Positions 8,901 to 18,940 are shown, counted from the first letter of the stretch. The stretch is 64,000 bases of DNA from an uncultured archaeon (GCA_964373695.1 CAYJVT010000002.1:9448-73447), one strand, 5' to 3'. Translations and numbers: made by a program. Notes: a model not told the origin generated them from the sequence alone.

Positions 8901-10622
8901 CTACTTCCCGATGCCGCGGTCTTTGCGGAACTTCTTCGGGTTCCGCGCGAGGTCAACGATGTCCTTCTGCACATTATCAATCTCGAGGAAGAGCGAGTCG
9001 ATGCTGCTCTTGACGGACGGCATGTCTCTCACTGCATCATGCAGAGAGGCGATGCGCTCTTCCATCGCCTTGATGCTGTCACTGCTGGCCGCCGCGTTGC
9101 GCTGCACGGCGCACAGCATATCGCGAAGGTCGCCGACCTGCTGAGCCAGGGTATCGCAGACCGCCTTCTTCCCGGCTGGCGCAGCAGGCCCGCCGAGACG
9201 CTGCCGGATGCGGGCGTCGATGCGGCTCCGGTCGCCGGGCCAGGTGACTTTCCCAGGCTCGAGGAGACCGACCGCCGGAGCTGTCGGGAAGCCTTCCCCG
9301 CGGAGGACAACCATGTCGTTGAACTTGATGCCTTCGGGCACAGTGACGATGTACGGCTCGCCCCAGTCATCGTACTGTACGAGCGGGTATTTGGTCGAGA
9401 TAGAGGTCGTAGACCTGTAGCCTGCTGTGTAGGCCGTCGGCGGCTTCATGTCGAAAGATGCCGGCAGCTCAACCACATCCGCGTAGTCGACCAACCAGAA
9501 GGTCACCAGGCCTGCCTTCATGTTCTTGAGGAACTCACGCGCCGGAGCTTCCTCCCTCTTCCGTATCTCGACGACAACCTGGTTCTTCCCGCCCGAAAAC
9601 TCCGGCGCGTCGTACTGCACCCGGAGCTTGGTGATGACCTCGCCGGCGCGCAGCGTGGCGATGTCACGCAGCACGCTCTGCCAGAGGAAAGGCTGACCGT
9701 CCTGCACGATGACCATATCCTGCCGCTTCGGGATGCGGAACGCCGACGTCCGACGCCTCAGCTCCAGCGGCCCGCCAGGAGTGTACTCGAGCTCGTCGCC
9801 CGGGATGAACATTCCAGCGATATTGCGACACTCCTCCTTTGTTCCTGCGAAGCGCAGCTCCTCTCCTTTCGTTGTTGTGGGGCGGTACTCGGCCGTCCCG
9901 TCTGGATTCACTACAACCTTCTCGCTGGCCAGCACGAAGGTCACGACATTGACTTGTGAAGGACCGGGGTATACTGCAGGCGCCTGGACGGCGGCTTCTG
10001 GCTCTTCGTCGTTTGGAGTAACTTTTGGAGTAACTTTTGGAGTAAACCACGTGCCCGGGTTCCACCAGTCGGCGGCGGCGGGGGAGGCGGCGAAGATGAC
10101 GGCCAGAACCACCATGCCTTTGAGTAACTCTCTGGCATGGATGATGTGTCCTCTGACGCCGTCCCCTTCGTCGTCATCGGGTGTAACCCTTGAGATTCCG
10201 TCCAATTCTAACATAATCTTCCTGATGTTATTCCGACGGCGCCCGCGCTTGCGCATCATGCAGACGGCGAGTGGGATGCCGCCGACGAAGAAGATGATGT
10301 TGAGGAACAGTACCCAGCCTGCCAATGCATTCATCTTGCTCTCCCTCTTGTTGCGCACGTGCACTTCATCACGTGAAGTTGTGGGTGAGGACTGCTTGTT
10401 GTGAGTGGGTTCGGCTGTGACAGCGGCCTGATTATGGCCTTCAGGACTGCCGGAAATCACGGCCGCGAAAACAGAGGCCACTACCACGAGAACCAGTATT
10501 GTGACACCGGCCATGATTGCCGCTCCGAACCAGCTGAGGCCGAGTCTCACGCAGATACGAAGCAGGTACAGAACTGCCAGTATCAAAGCCAGTACGGCTA
10601 CTGCATAGGGGATGATGCTCAT
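8901..10622 (-). CDS. GC-rich hypothetical membrane protein (573 aa) with C-terminal coiled coil; possibly a fusion of several genes
   Basis: Strong SD (AAGGAG) before the ATG; three N-terminal hydrophobic segments; internal signal-peptide-like LAVIFAASPAAA-DWW; heptads at the C-terminus. Confidence 0.7.
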   Translation of the reverse strand: MSIIPYAVAVLALILAVLYLLRICVRLGLSWFGAAIMAGVTILVLVVVASVFAAVISGSPEGHNQAAVTAEPTHNKQSSPTTSRDEVHVRNKRESKMNALAGWVLFLNIIFFVGGIPLAVCMMRKRGRRRNNIRKIMLELDGISRVTPDDDEGDGVRGHIIHARELLKGMVVLAVIFAASPAAADWWNPGTWFTPKVTPKVTPNDEEPEAAVQAPAVYPGPSQVNVVTFVLASEKVVVNPDGTAEYRPTTTKGEELRFAGTKEECRNIAGMFIPGDELEYTPGGPLELRRRTSAFRIPKRQDMVIVQDGQPFLWQSVLRDIATLRAGEVITKLRVQYDAPEFSGGKNQVVVEIRKREEAPAREFLKNMKAGLVTFWLVDYADVVELPASFDMKPPTAYTAGYRSTTSISTKYPLVQYDDWGEPYIVTVPEGIKFNDMVVLRGEGFPTAPAVGLLEPGKVTWPGDRSRIDARIRQRLGGPAAPAGKKAVCDTLAQQVGDLRDMLCAVQRNAAASSDSIKAMEERIASLHDAVRDMPSVKSSIDSLFLEIDNVQKDIVDLARNPKKFRKDRGIGK

Positions 10623-11393
10623 CTCTTCTCCTTCCCTTGCGCGTTAAGCTGTTGTAATGGGAGTGGGTGGATGTGAACGTTAGCCTTTTTTTCATAGTCT
10701 CTCCTTCCGGAAATCGAGGCAGGATTCATCAGGGCTAGCTGTTTCCGGCTTTCATCCATGCGGAGACTTTGGCTTCCACCGCCCTGATTTTCTCTAAGGC
10801 AACCTTCAAGTCTTCCGCGTTTTCGATGCCGGCGGACTTCAGAACGAATATGATGATCGGAATCAACTACAATCTGCCCTCGCAGATTGTCCTGAATGAC
10901 GGGCATCCTCAGACCTGCCGTTGGGGTTGACGTATCTATGCGCGACATCTGTTCATGAATCACACAGCTGCTGGACGATGCCCTCTTTGCTGCTGCCGCA
11001 TGCTGCGCATATCGCCATCATCTGTCCTTTCTGCTATGATGTCTTCCGACATCCTTAGATAAAATTAAGTCGTGTAGAATTCTAGGTTTGGCTACTTTTT
11101 TCCTGCCGTGTTTTCCCTCGCCCAGACGGGCGGCTGAAGGAATGCTCCCGTCCTTTTCAGGTGGGGAACATTCCAAAGGCTGACATGACTCGACAGAAGC
11201 GTGTTCTGGATCGATGTCAGACCTGATTTTTTTGTGTATTTGGTTTGAAGGCCGTGAAGCGGATTTTCACCACTTAACAGCCGTGACATTTATTTAAAAG
11301 ACTACCGCAGAAAAGTATTTAAAGGTTTTGTTACTTTTGGGTGGTTTTAAAATCGATATGGCAATGCCGATTAATTAAAATTCGATTCGGGAT

Positions 11394-12206
11394 TTAAACG
11401 CCCATAACGAGGCGCGAGAAATTGCGGAGGCCGGGGCCCAGGCCGAGGACGAGGACTACTATCTTCAGGAAAGTCCTTTTCTGCACCTCGTTGGAGAGCT
11501 CCTTGTCAAGGGCGTACAGCACGAGGGGCACGACGACAAGCTTCAGAATGAACATGGAGGCGGGGCCCAAAAGGCCTATAATAAAGCCAGGCAGGACGTG
11601 CTGCTCAAAGTAGTTTGGAAAGAACTGGAGCGCCACGAAGGTCGTGGTGGCGTCGAACATATGCACGGCAATTAGGAATGAATTCTCTTCAGAGAGAAAG
11701 TTCCTGATTCTTGCGCTGCCAAGCTTTCTTCCTGCAAAAATCGCTGCTGCCCATGCTGCTGTGATGCCTAGCATGGCGTACAATGCAAAGGCGCTTTGCA
11801 GCGTCATCTGCGATACTGCAATAATGACAAAAATCATGCCGAGCGAAAACCATATCTTGTAATAAGGCGTTTTTGTCCATCTTTCCATGAGCTTTGAAAA
11901 GAGCAAGGCAGCCAGAGCAATGACAAAAATTGAAATATATATCAATGGAGTTATGAGGAATATGTTCTTGGCAAGGCCGGCGAATTCGCGGTAATCCTCA
12001 AGGGCGCGCAGGAAGCCTCCCAGCATCACGAAGGGCACTATGCTGAAAAAGAACTTCCTGTCTATCTCTATTCGAAGGCGCCGGAGCAATCTGTAGGTTA
12101 AAAACGCCGCCGCTATCAGCAAGACAGCGTACACAGCAGTGTTATAAACATTGTATCCGCTGCCGTTCAGTATTGGGTCGACAAAATATTCCTTGAAGAA
12201 ACCCAT
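11394..12206 (-). CDS. DUF63 family archaeal membrane protein
   Basis: YNVYNTAVY, GGFLRALED, HMFDATTTFVA and YFEQHVLP motifs; multiple TMs. Confidence 0.85.
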   Translation of the reverse strand: MGFFKEYFVDPILNGSGYNVYNTAVYAVLLIAAAFLTYRLLRRLRIEIDRKFFFSIVPFVMLGGFLRALEDYREFAGLAKNIFLITPLIYISIFVIALAALLFSKLMERWTKTPYYKIWFSLGMIFVIIAVSQMTLQSAFALYAMLGITAAWAAAIFAGRKLGSARIRNFLSEENSFLIAVHMFDATTTFVALQFFPNYFEQHVLPGFIIGLLGPASMFILKLVVVPLVLYALDKELSNEVQKRTFLKIVVLVLGLGPGLRNFSRLVMGV

Positions 12207-12242
12207 ACTAACTTTAATTATGGGAAAACCTAATAAATCAAT

Positions 12243-13301
12243 ATGAAATCGGCGTATATAGCTGTTCTCTTGCTCGTTTTTACAGCCGGATGCACCGGAC
12301 TGTCCGGCGTGTTCGGGGGCGACATACTCAACATAAAGCAGAACCTCATCCAGGAGGGGCAGAAGGACATAATCGTCATAAAGGATGTCTCGACGATACC
12401 CAAATCCCCCATGCTCCCTGAACAGTCGTTCGTGCTTACGATGCTTCTGGAGAACGTCGACAAGACCGAGGACGCCACGAATGTCGTGGTGGACCTCTTC
12501 AACGCACCGACCGTGAAAAGCGACAAAGAGGAGTCCCGGGGAAGCGTATGCAATGCCGGAAGCGGAAGCGTATGCCTCCCGGACAAGTGCAAGAGTAGTG
12601 AAAACGGAAAATGCATTGTCGAGACAACAATGCTTCCTGGAGAACAGATTCCGGTCAATTTCTACCTGAAGACGCCAACTGAGGATGAAATAGTAGGCAT
12701 AGAGACCAAGCCGGCCCTCGACTACAGGGTCACATACGACTTCGAGTCGTCATCGTTATATATAATGCCGTCAGTCAACCTGGACGAGATAATAAAGAAC
12801 CAGAGGAGCAACGACAAGGTCAATGTCCAGGTGACGAAGTCCTACGGCACCGGCCCTGTCAGGATTGACATGGACCTCTTCGGCACGCCGTACATACTTT
12901 CGGGACAGTCGGCGACATTCATATTCAAGATAACGAATACAGGAGTGGGCAACGTCATAGGCTCCCAGATAGACGCCGGAAATTTTGAGGTAAGCATACC
13001 GAAGAGCCTGATAGGAAGCGGCAGCCTTATGCTTCCTGGAGGCGGCGTCTTCGAGTCCGGCCAGTATACGCAGACGACAGAGAGGTTCTCGTGTAGTGGT
13101 GATGAAACGTACGTGACATGCACGAACGCCGACGCCATACAGATGTACAAGGACCAGACGCGCGGCTCGCTGCGCTTCGAGGTGCAGGGAGTGGCCGACA
13201 TAAACCAGCCCTTCGTATCGTACGACATAAGGGCGTCTGTGAAATACAGGTACGAGTTGCGCGGCACCCAAGAGATAACTGTAAAGCCGTTTGAAAGCTG
13301 A
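12243..13301 (+). CDS. Lipoprotein paralog 1 (two beta-sandwich domains)
   Basis: Lipobox FTAG-C; shares the module with paralogs 2-4. Confidence 0.85.
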   Translation: MKSAYIAVLLLVFTAGCTGLSGVFGGDILNIKQNLIQEGQKDIIVIKDVSTIPKSPMLPEQSFVLTMLLENVDKTEDATNVVVDLFNAPTVKSDKEESRGSVCNAGSGSVCLPDKCKSSENGKCIVETTMLPGEQIPVNFYLKTPTEDEIVGIETKPALDYRVTYDFESSSLYIMPSVNLDEIIKNQRSNDKVNVQVTKSYGTGPVRIDMDLFGTPYILSGQSATFIFKITNTGVGNVIGSQIDAGNFEVSIPKSLIGSGSLMLPGGGVFESGQYTQTTERFSCSGDETYVTCTNADAIQMYKDQTRGSLRFEVQGVADINQPFVSYDIRASVKYRYELRGTQEITVKPFES

Positions 13302-13306
13302 TTTTT

Positions 13307-14176
13307 ATGAGATATGCAATAATCCTTGCATTCCTGATAGCCGCGAGCGGATGCGTCTCCCAGAGCGCCTCCTATGGCGGGCTGGTTGTCAGCATGTTCG
13401 CTGACCCGCCGCAGGTATTCCAGAACCAGGCCACAACGCTTTTCATCGACATAGACAATAGGGACGTGAAGAAGGTCAACAATGTCGTCTTCGAGGTGTT
13501 TGACACAGGCATCATGCGCATCATGGATGGCACAACCGTTTCGGCATGCAGGAAATCCTTCCCCAAGCTAGTGCCGAAGGAATTCCAGACTTTCTCATGC
13601 AGGCTGGCAGCAGGGAGCGTTGGCGAGACCATTGTCAACAGAATAAGCGCCAAAACCACTTTCAGCGCCGAGCTGAACGCGGTGCAGCTCATAGAAATGA
13701 TATCCAGGCAGGAATACGAGAGGAGGAAGGCGGCCGGCACCTTCATCACAGCGCCAAGGAAATATACTTATTCCGACAGCAACGTGGCGCTTGACATAGA
13801 ATTCAGCGAGGATATGCCGGTGATAGAAAGGAGCGGAAAGAGGTACTTCATACACATGACCGTCAGGAATACAGGGAACGGCTACATAAGGGAGCTGGAG
13901 CCCGGTGATTTCATAGTCACCCAGAAAACGTCTGAAAGTTTGCAGATACTTCCAGACATAGAAACCGTGAGTGTTATCAACACCCAAGCCGACAACCTCG
14001 TCAGGTGCGACGACTTCGGGGAGAAGCTTTCACCAATAGGCGACAAGTTCCCCAGAGTGACGTGCGAGTTCGTGCCTCCCAAAAAAATAGGCGTCATAGG
14101 CAATTACCCAATGGAAGTGAAGATAAACTACGATTACGAGACGAGGCAGAATCTCAACATAAGAATAATAAAATAA
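13307..14176 (+). CDS. Lipoprotein paralog 2
   Basis: Lipobox AASG-C; VRNTGNG motif; C-terminal YDYETRQNLNIRI. Confidence 0.85.
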   Translation: MRYAIILAFLIAASGCVSQSASYGGLVVSMFADPPQVFQNQATTLFIDIDNRDVKKVNNVVFEVFDTGIMRIMDGTTVSACRKSFPKLVPKEFQTFSCRLAAGSVGETIVNRISAKTTFSAELNAVQLIEMISRQEYERRKAAGTFITAPRKYTYSDSNVALDIEFSEDMPVIERSGKRYFIHMTVRNTGNGYIRELEPGDFIVTQKTSESLQILPDIETVSVINTQADNLVRCDDFGEKLSPIGDKFPRVTCEFVPPKKIGVIGNYPMEVKINYDYETRQNLNIRIIK

Positions 14177-14230
14177 AGCCCAAAAAATCTTTTTAAAGAG
14201 GTGTAATCATAACTATAAAGAGGTATAAAA

Positions 14231-15205
14231 ATGAAGATTGGACTTTTCGCCGTTCTTGCTCTTATATTTGTGGTCGGATGCGTCGGCGGCGGCACGAGGC
14301 CGACCACTATCAGCGACACAGAAGGCGTCCGCATCTCGTCATTCACGGCAACGCCCTCTGTAACCGATGTTTTGTCGGGCGACACAGTCATATTCGATGT
14401 CGAGGTTGAGAACATCGGCGGGACAACAGCTTCTGATGTCGAGGTCACCCTGTCCGGCATAGAGAACCAGTGGAGGACGACCGGCGGCGTCCCGGCACCA
14501 CAGGTCATAGCAAAGTCATTCTCATCATTGAGACCGCCGCAGGCGGAAAGGAACATAGCCGGCGACTTCCGCATCGCGCAATGGGAATACATGACGCCAA
14601 GAATACCCGAAGGTCTCAGGACGCCGCTGAACATAGAGTCACGCGTCACTTATAAGTATAATACAAATGGCTTCCTCCAGCTTACCGCTGTGAACGACGA
14701 GGAATTCAGGAGGCAGCAGGTCATAGGCTCCTCGATAGACCCACCTGTAGTGCAGAACAGCGCAGGACCGCTGAAACTGTCGGTGCCGTCGACTGAGAAA
14801 AGCAGCTTCGTGATAGTTGACACAGCCTCGACCGAGCCCGAATTCATATACCCGCTCAAGATAGAATTCAGGAACGTCGGCGCCGGATTCCCCCTGGGAA
14901 CTGATTCAACCAACCAGGGCAGGCTGACCGGAACCATAAAGCTTCTCGGGCCTGGCGTGGAGTTTTCCAGCTGCCTCGGTGTTACGAGCGGCCGCGAAGT
15001 CGCCCTCCAGGACAGCGGCGTCAATGACGTCATAGTCAAGCTCAGGGACACCCAGAATGTTCCTATCGTCTGCAACCTGAAATTTACAAAATCGGAATGG
15101 CAAAACACGCCCACCGACAAGGTGAGCCTTGTCTTCAACATAGACTACACGTATTTCACCAAGCAGACTGCCACAGTGAACGTTCTGGGAAGAAGAACGG
15201 AGTAA
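14231..15205 (+). CDS. Lipoprotein paralog 3
   Basis: Lipobox FVVG-C; VENIGGTTA, AGPLKL and FRNVGAG motifs. Confidence 0.85.
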   Translation: MKIGLFAVLALIFVVGCVGGGTRPTTISDTEGVRISSFTATPSVTDVLSGDTVIFDVEVENIGGTTASDVEVTLSGIENQWRTTGGVPAPQVIAKSFSSLRPPQAERNIAGDFRIAQWEYMTPRIPEGLRTPLNIESRVTYKYNTNGFLQLTAVNDEEFRRQQVIGSSIDPPVVQNSAGPLKLSVPSTEKSSFVIVDTASTEPEFIYPLKIEFRNVGAGFPLGTDSTNQGRLTGTIKLLGPGVEFSSCLGVTSGREVALQDSGVNDVIVKLRDTQNVPIVCNLKFTKSEWQNTPTDKVSLVFNIDYTYFTKQTATVNVLGRRTE

Positions 15206-15257
15206 TTTTTTCTTTTGATTAAAGTATTTTATATACAGAAGTTTCTATAATTATTAC

Positions 15258-16517
15258 ATGAAGGTCTATCTTCTTATGATTCTCGGCCTTGTGCTCGCGG
15301 CCGGGTGCGTTTCGCAGGCGAAGAACCCGAACAACGGTATCATTATAAACGAGTTCACGGCCGACCCGAAGATTGCGGAATACGGCGACACCGTGAGATT
15401 CTTCCTGGACGGCGAGAACATCGGGGGCACTACGGCCCAGTGCGTGACGACAGAGCTTTACGGGCTTGAGGGAGGATGGACGGACCTTACAGGACAGCTG
15501 TTCGCCATTCCGTATGTAGGGCAGACGATAAACGCCGGGCAGCCAGGCATCACAATAGGCTTCGAGTCGTGGGGATTCAACATACACAGGGTTAACGACC
15601 GGTGGGGAGGCTCCATTTTCTACAACGACCTAAGCGTCGAAGGCGGAAGGAGAATAGTCGCGTCCATTGAAGGCGGCGACTTCTCGGTCAGCGGCGGCTT
15701 TTACAGCATAACGACGGCTATAGACACGTCTTTCAGGAGATTCGCAGCAGATTATTGTACTTACATAGGCGGAAGGTTCCCTGGCAAGATAAAGTTTGAG
15801 CCAGTCCTCTCTCCGCCTCTTCCGGAAAGGAACAAGCCTGGGCAATCTTTCACTGCGGACTGGATTCTGAAGCCCCCTCTGATACCTGAGGGCCTGTCTG
15901 TCGACTATCCTGTAACAGCCAGGACGTCATTCTTCTACACGTCGAACGCGCAGGTTAACATACCAGCTTACAGCAAGGCCGAATACAAGAGAAGGCAGGA
16001 CATAGGGGAAGCCGTCGACCAGCCGCTCAATGTCGTCAACACCCATGCGGCCCCGATACAGGTCGGTATAACCAGGGGCGCAAGTCCCATGGTTGTCAAC
16101 ACCGACACTACATTTTCGGCCCTGCCGGAAGAGACTTTCAATTATCTCATTGAACTGCGGAACGTAGGACAGGGATATCCCCTGCCTTTCAGCGACGTGC
16201 AGACAACCGTAGGGAACGACATAAGCGTCGAGAGCGGATTTGTCATCGCGACGATGAGCATAGCAGGCCCTGGCGCGCGTTTCGAGGACTGCCTGGGCCA
16301 GAGCGGACAGGAAGTTCTGATAGGCCCTGATATAGTCGCGAACCTGGTGAAGCTGCGCTCCGACGGAAAGGCCCCCTTCGGATGCAAGGTGGCGATAAAC
16401 AAGGGCGCATGGCAGACGACGCCCGTCGGCACGGTCAGCATAACGTTCAACATAATGTACAGGTATTATGTGGACAAGCACGCAACAGTGACCGTGATAG
16501 GGCCGTCAAGGTCTTAG
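15258..16517 (+). CDS. Lipoprotein paralog 4 (with ~95-aa insertion)
   Basis: Lipobox LAAG-C; ENIGGTTA and LRNVGQG motifs. Confidence 0.85.
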   Translation: MKVYLLMILGLVLAAGCVSQAKNPNNGIIINEFTADPKIAEYGDTVRFFLDGENIGGTTAQCVTTELYGLEGGWTDLTGQLFAIPYVGQTINAGQPGITIGFESWGFNIHRVNDRWGGSIFYNDLSVEGGRRIVASIEGGDFSVSGGFYSITTAIDTSFRRFAADYCTYIGGRFPGKIKFEPVLSPPLPERNKPGQSFTADWILKPPLIPEGLSVDYPVTARTSFFYTSNAQVNIPAYSKAEYKRRQDIGEAVDQPLNVVNTHAAPIQVGITRGASPMVVNTDTTFSALPEETFNYLIELRNVGQGYPLPFSDVQTTVGNDISVESGFVIATMSIAGPGARFEDCLGQSGQEVLIGPDIVANLVKLRSDGKAPFGCKVAINKGAWQTTPVGTVSITFNIMYRYYVDKHATVTVIGPSRS

Positions 16518-17726
16518 GAAGCGTGCAAGGCTTTCCTTCTCTTCATCTATCCTGCCGTATACGCCGTCATATCCCGGCACTATCTTCAACAAGCCTTCAC
16601 GGTTGCGCATGATAAGGGACGCGAGCTTCTCGTCACAATATTTTGCAACGTCATCGCGTCCTGCATCAAGAAGTATGGAGAACTCATTTCCAACCCCACC
16701 TGTAAGCCTGTTGTAGACGTCCCACACTTTTTTCGTCTCAATACCGGAATTCACGGAATGAGCAATAAGCTCGTGGAGAGGCAGCAATCGCTTGAATGGT
16801 ACAGAACCCTTTAGCTCATGACCTTCTGGCCTGTCGGCAAGCTCTTCGATGCGGCTCAGAACTCCTATTGTCAGCCTCTTGCCGCATTTCGGGCATAATC
16901 CGCCAAGTTTTTTTGTCTCTGACGGAGAGCATGAGAAATTGCAGGACCTGTGACCATCTATATGATATTTCCCGTATTCCGGCGGCGTTTCCACCGTGAA
17001 CATGAAATTCTTCCGCGTTCTTATAGATTCTATCACATCGCCGTATGAAAAATCATTCTTCATGTCGAAGACGTTTGCCTCCCGGCCAAGACGCCACGGG
17101 TAGGGGGAATGCGAGTCGCTGTTGCTGACAAGCGTTATGCCGTCAAGCTGCGACAGCCTCCAGTTCATCGACGGGTCGGAGCTCATCCCCGTTTCCAGTG
17201 CATGTATATATCTTGTCTGGTCGCCAAAGCATTCTTCGAGGGAATCGTATCCGGATATGGAACCGAAAAGGGAGAACCACGGCGTCCATGCATGAGCCGG
17301 TATTACTTCTATATCCTTGCTTATCTGCATCATGGACTCGGCAAATTCCTGGCAGGAGAAGCCGAAGACGGGCCTGCCGTCGTAGTCACGCCTGCCTTTC
17401 CTGTCCAGCCATTCGTTTATCTGGTCAACGACATCAAACGAGGGCGCGTGCAGAAGGAGATGAACCCTCCTTTGCTTCCCATTATGGGAATATATGAGCG
17501 ATATTTCCCCCGTGAGCATGAACTTCATGCCGTCGTAATCGTAGATGCCGCTGCCGTCAAGCGTCTCCTTGAGCGTTTTAAGCCATATTGGATGCGTCAT
17601 GTCGCCGGTTCCGACAAGGCCAAGCCCTTTCGTTCTGGACCATTTTGATATCTCGCCTATCGTCATGCTCGGCGAAGTCGCCCTGGAATATTTCGAGTGT
17701 ATCTGCAGGTCTGCAATGACTCTCAT
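16506..17726 (-). CDS. Endonuclease Q family (PHP domain plus Zn finger) DNA repair protein
   Basis: ADLQIHSKYSRAT, GTGDMTHP, IPAHAWTP, NSDSHS, GKYHIDGHRSC and CPKCG motifs. Confidence 0.88.
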   Translation of the reverse strand: MRVIADLQIHSKYSRATSPSMTIGEISKWSRTKGLGLVGTGDMTHPIWLKTLKETLDGSGIYDYDGMKFMLTGEISLIYSHNGKQRRVHLLLHAPSFDVVDQINEWLDRKGRRDYDGRPVFGFSCQEFAESMMQISKDIEVIPAHAWTPWFSLFGSISGYDSLEECFGDQTRYIHALETGMSSDPSMNWRLSQLDGITLVSNSDSHSPYPWRLGREANVFDMKNDFSYGDVIESIRTRKNFMFTVETPPEYGKYHIDGHRSCNFSCSPSETKKLGGLCPKCGKRLTIGVLSRIEELADRPEGHELKGSVPFKRLLPLHELIAHSVNSGIETKKVWDVYNRLTGGVGNEFSILLDAGRDDVAKYCDEKLASLIMRNREGLLKIVPGYDGVYGRIDEEKESLARFLRP

Positions 17727-18081
17727 GATATTTTAATGTGCAGAAATTATTAATCACTAATGAGGATATCTTCAGGGAAAAGGACGTTTTCAGTGAAGGA
17801 TTGCCGCGGCCTGTCATGTATATGGGGCCTCATGTTTGACGATATGAAGAACATTGACGGCGCACTCGTCCGCGGCGGCAGCATATGGATGCCTTTCGTG
17901 AAGCATGAGCTGGAGCTGTTTTTCCTTGACAGAAACATGATAATATCTAAAATTCAAAAGGCCGTGCCAATGACACTGAAGCCAAAAACATGGAAATCGT
18001 ACTCATGCGCCGGCGCAAAATACTGCCTGGAGATGAGGAAAGGCGCGTGCAAAGCAAAATTAGGGATGAAAATCAAGATGA

Positions 18082-18167
18082 TGGGCTCGGCAGGAATTGA
18101 ACCTGCGGCCTCCTGCGTGTGAAGCAGGCGTCATACCAATGTCCGCGATGCTCTAGACTACAAGCCC
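18082..18167 (-). tRNA. tRNA-Val(CAC) with 14-nt D-loop intron (15/16)
   Basis: Acceptor stem GGGCTTG/CGAGCCC; anticodon arm CCTGC-TT CAC AC-GCAGG; BHB around intron 18139-18152. Confidence 0.9.
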
Positions 18168-18304
18168 TTAATATTTCTGTCGAGAAATGAATAAAAAATA
18201 AGGCAAATCACAATTAAAGCGCATATGAATGGCAAAAATCTTCCGTAAAAATGAAAAAAAATCCCGCGTCATGTTTTTATAGTTATCAAGACATTTTTTA
18301 TTCA

Positions 18305-18772
18305 ATGAATCAGGAAATTATTGACAAATACAGGAAGATGCAGGAAGAATTCAGCCTCCCGCAACTCGACGAACTGACGGAAAAGTTCAAGATAGACGTC
18401 GAGGAAGACGAGAAGATATTCGACCAGATAAGGAACGATATGTCGGAGAAGCTTTTCATGTTCAGCGAGAGGATAATAGAACCGGTGATAGGCGGCCTGG
18501 ACTCATTTTCATGCATGTTCGAGCAGAACATGATCACTGAAGCCGAGAGACGCGACCTTTTCGAGCTTTACAAAAAGATACAGATGCTCAAATGGGAAAA
18601 CAACATACTTCTCATATCGCCAGACGACAAAAAGATAGCGGAATGGATAAAAAAGACGTGGGATTTCTGGAACTCCGACATGCAGGAAAAGATGCTCAAG
18701 TTCTCCGTCAAAATGTCGTCAGCCTGGGGCGATCTGAAATTCAAGAAGGACAGGTCCATTTACCTTGGGTAA
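18305..18772 (+). CDS. Hypothetical helical protein
   Basis: ORF 18251..18772; the ATG at 18305 is the more plausible start. Confidence 0.75.
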   Translation: MNQEIIDKYRKMQEEFSLPQLDELTEKFKIDVEEDEKIFDQIRNDMSEKLFMFSERIIEPVIGGLDSFSCMFEQNMITEAERRDLFELYKKIQMLKWENNILLISPDDKKIAEWIKKTWDFWNSDMQEKMLKFSVKMSSAWGDLKFKKDRSIYLG

Positions 18773-18780
18773 ATTATTAA

Positions 18781-18940
18781 TGGGCCGGATGAGATTTGAA
18801 CTCACGACTTCAGTCGGCGGAACCTTCCGGATGCCGCCGTCTCCTGTTGGCTTAGAGCAATATTTTGTTCTTGATGCACGCATGTTTTAACAAAATACGT
18901 CATATAAGACAGGTGCTCTACCAGCCTAAGCTACCGGCCC
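18781..18940 (-). tRNA. tRNA-Ile(UAU) with two introns (37/38, 54 nt; 45/46, 32 nt)
   Basis: Anticodon arm CCTGT-CT TAT A|A-ACAGG; perfect BHB for intron 18849-18902; second intron 18809-18840 restores the AGGTC variable loop. Confidence 0.9.

Noticed and set aside
8832-9959. 375-aa plus-strand ORF
   Set aside because: Antisense to the 573-aa ORF in GC-rich DNA; low-information Arg/Leu/Ala composition
17760-18122. 120-aa ORF upstream of endoQ
   Set aside because: Its 3' end runs through tRNA-Val and it has no motif; coding status unsupported
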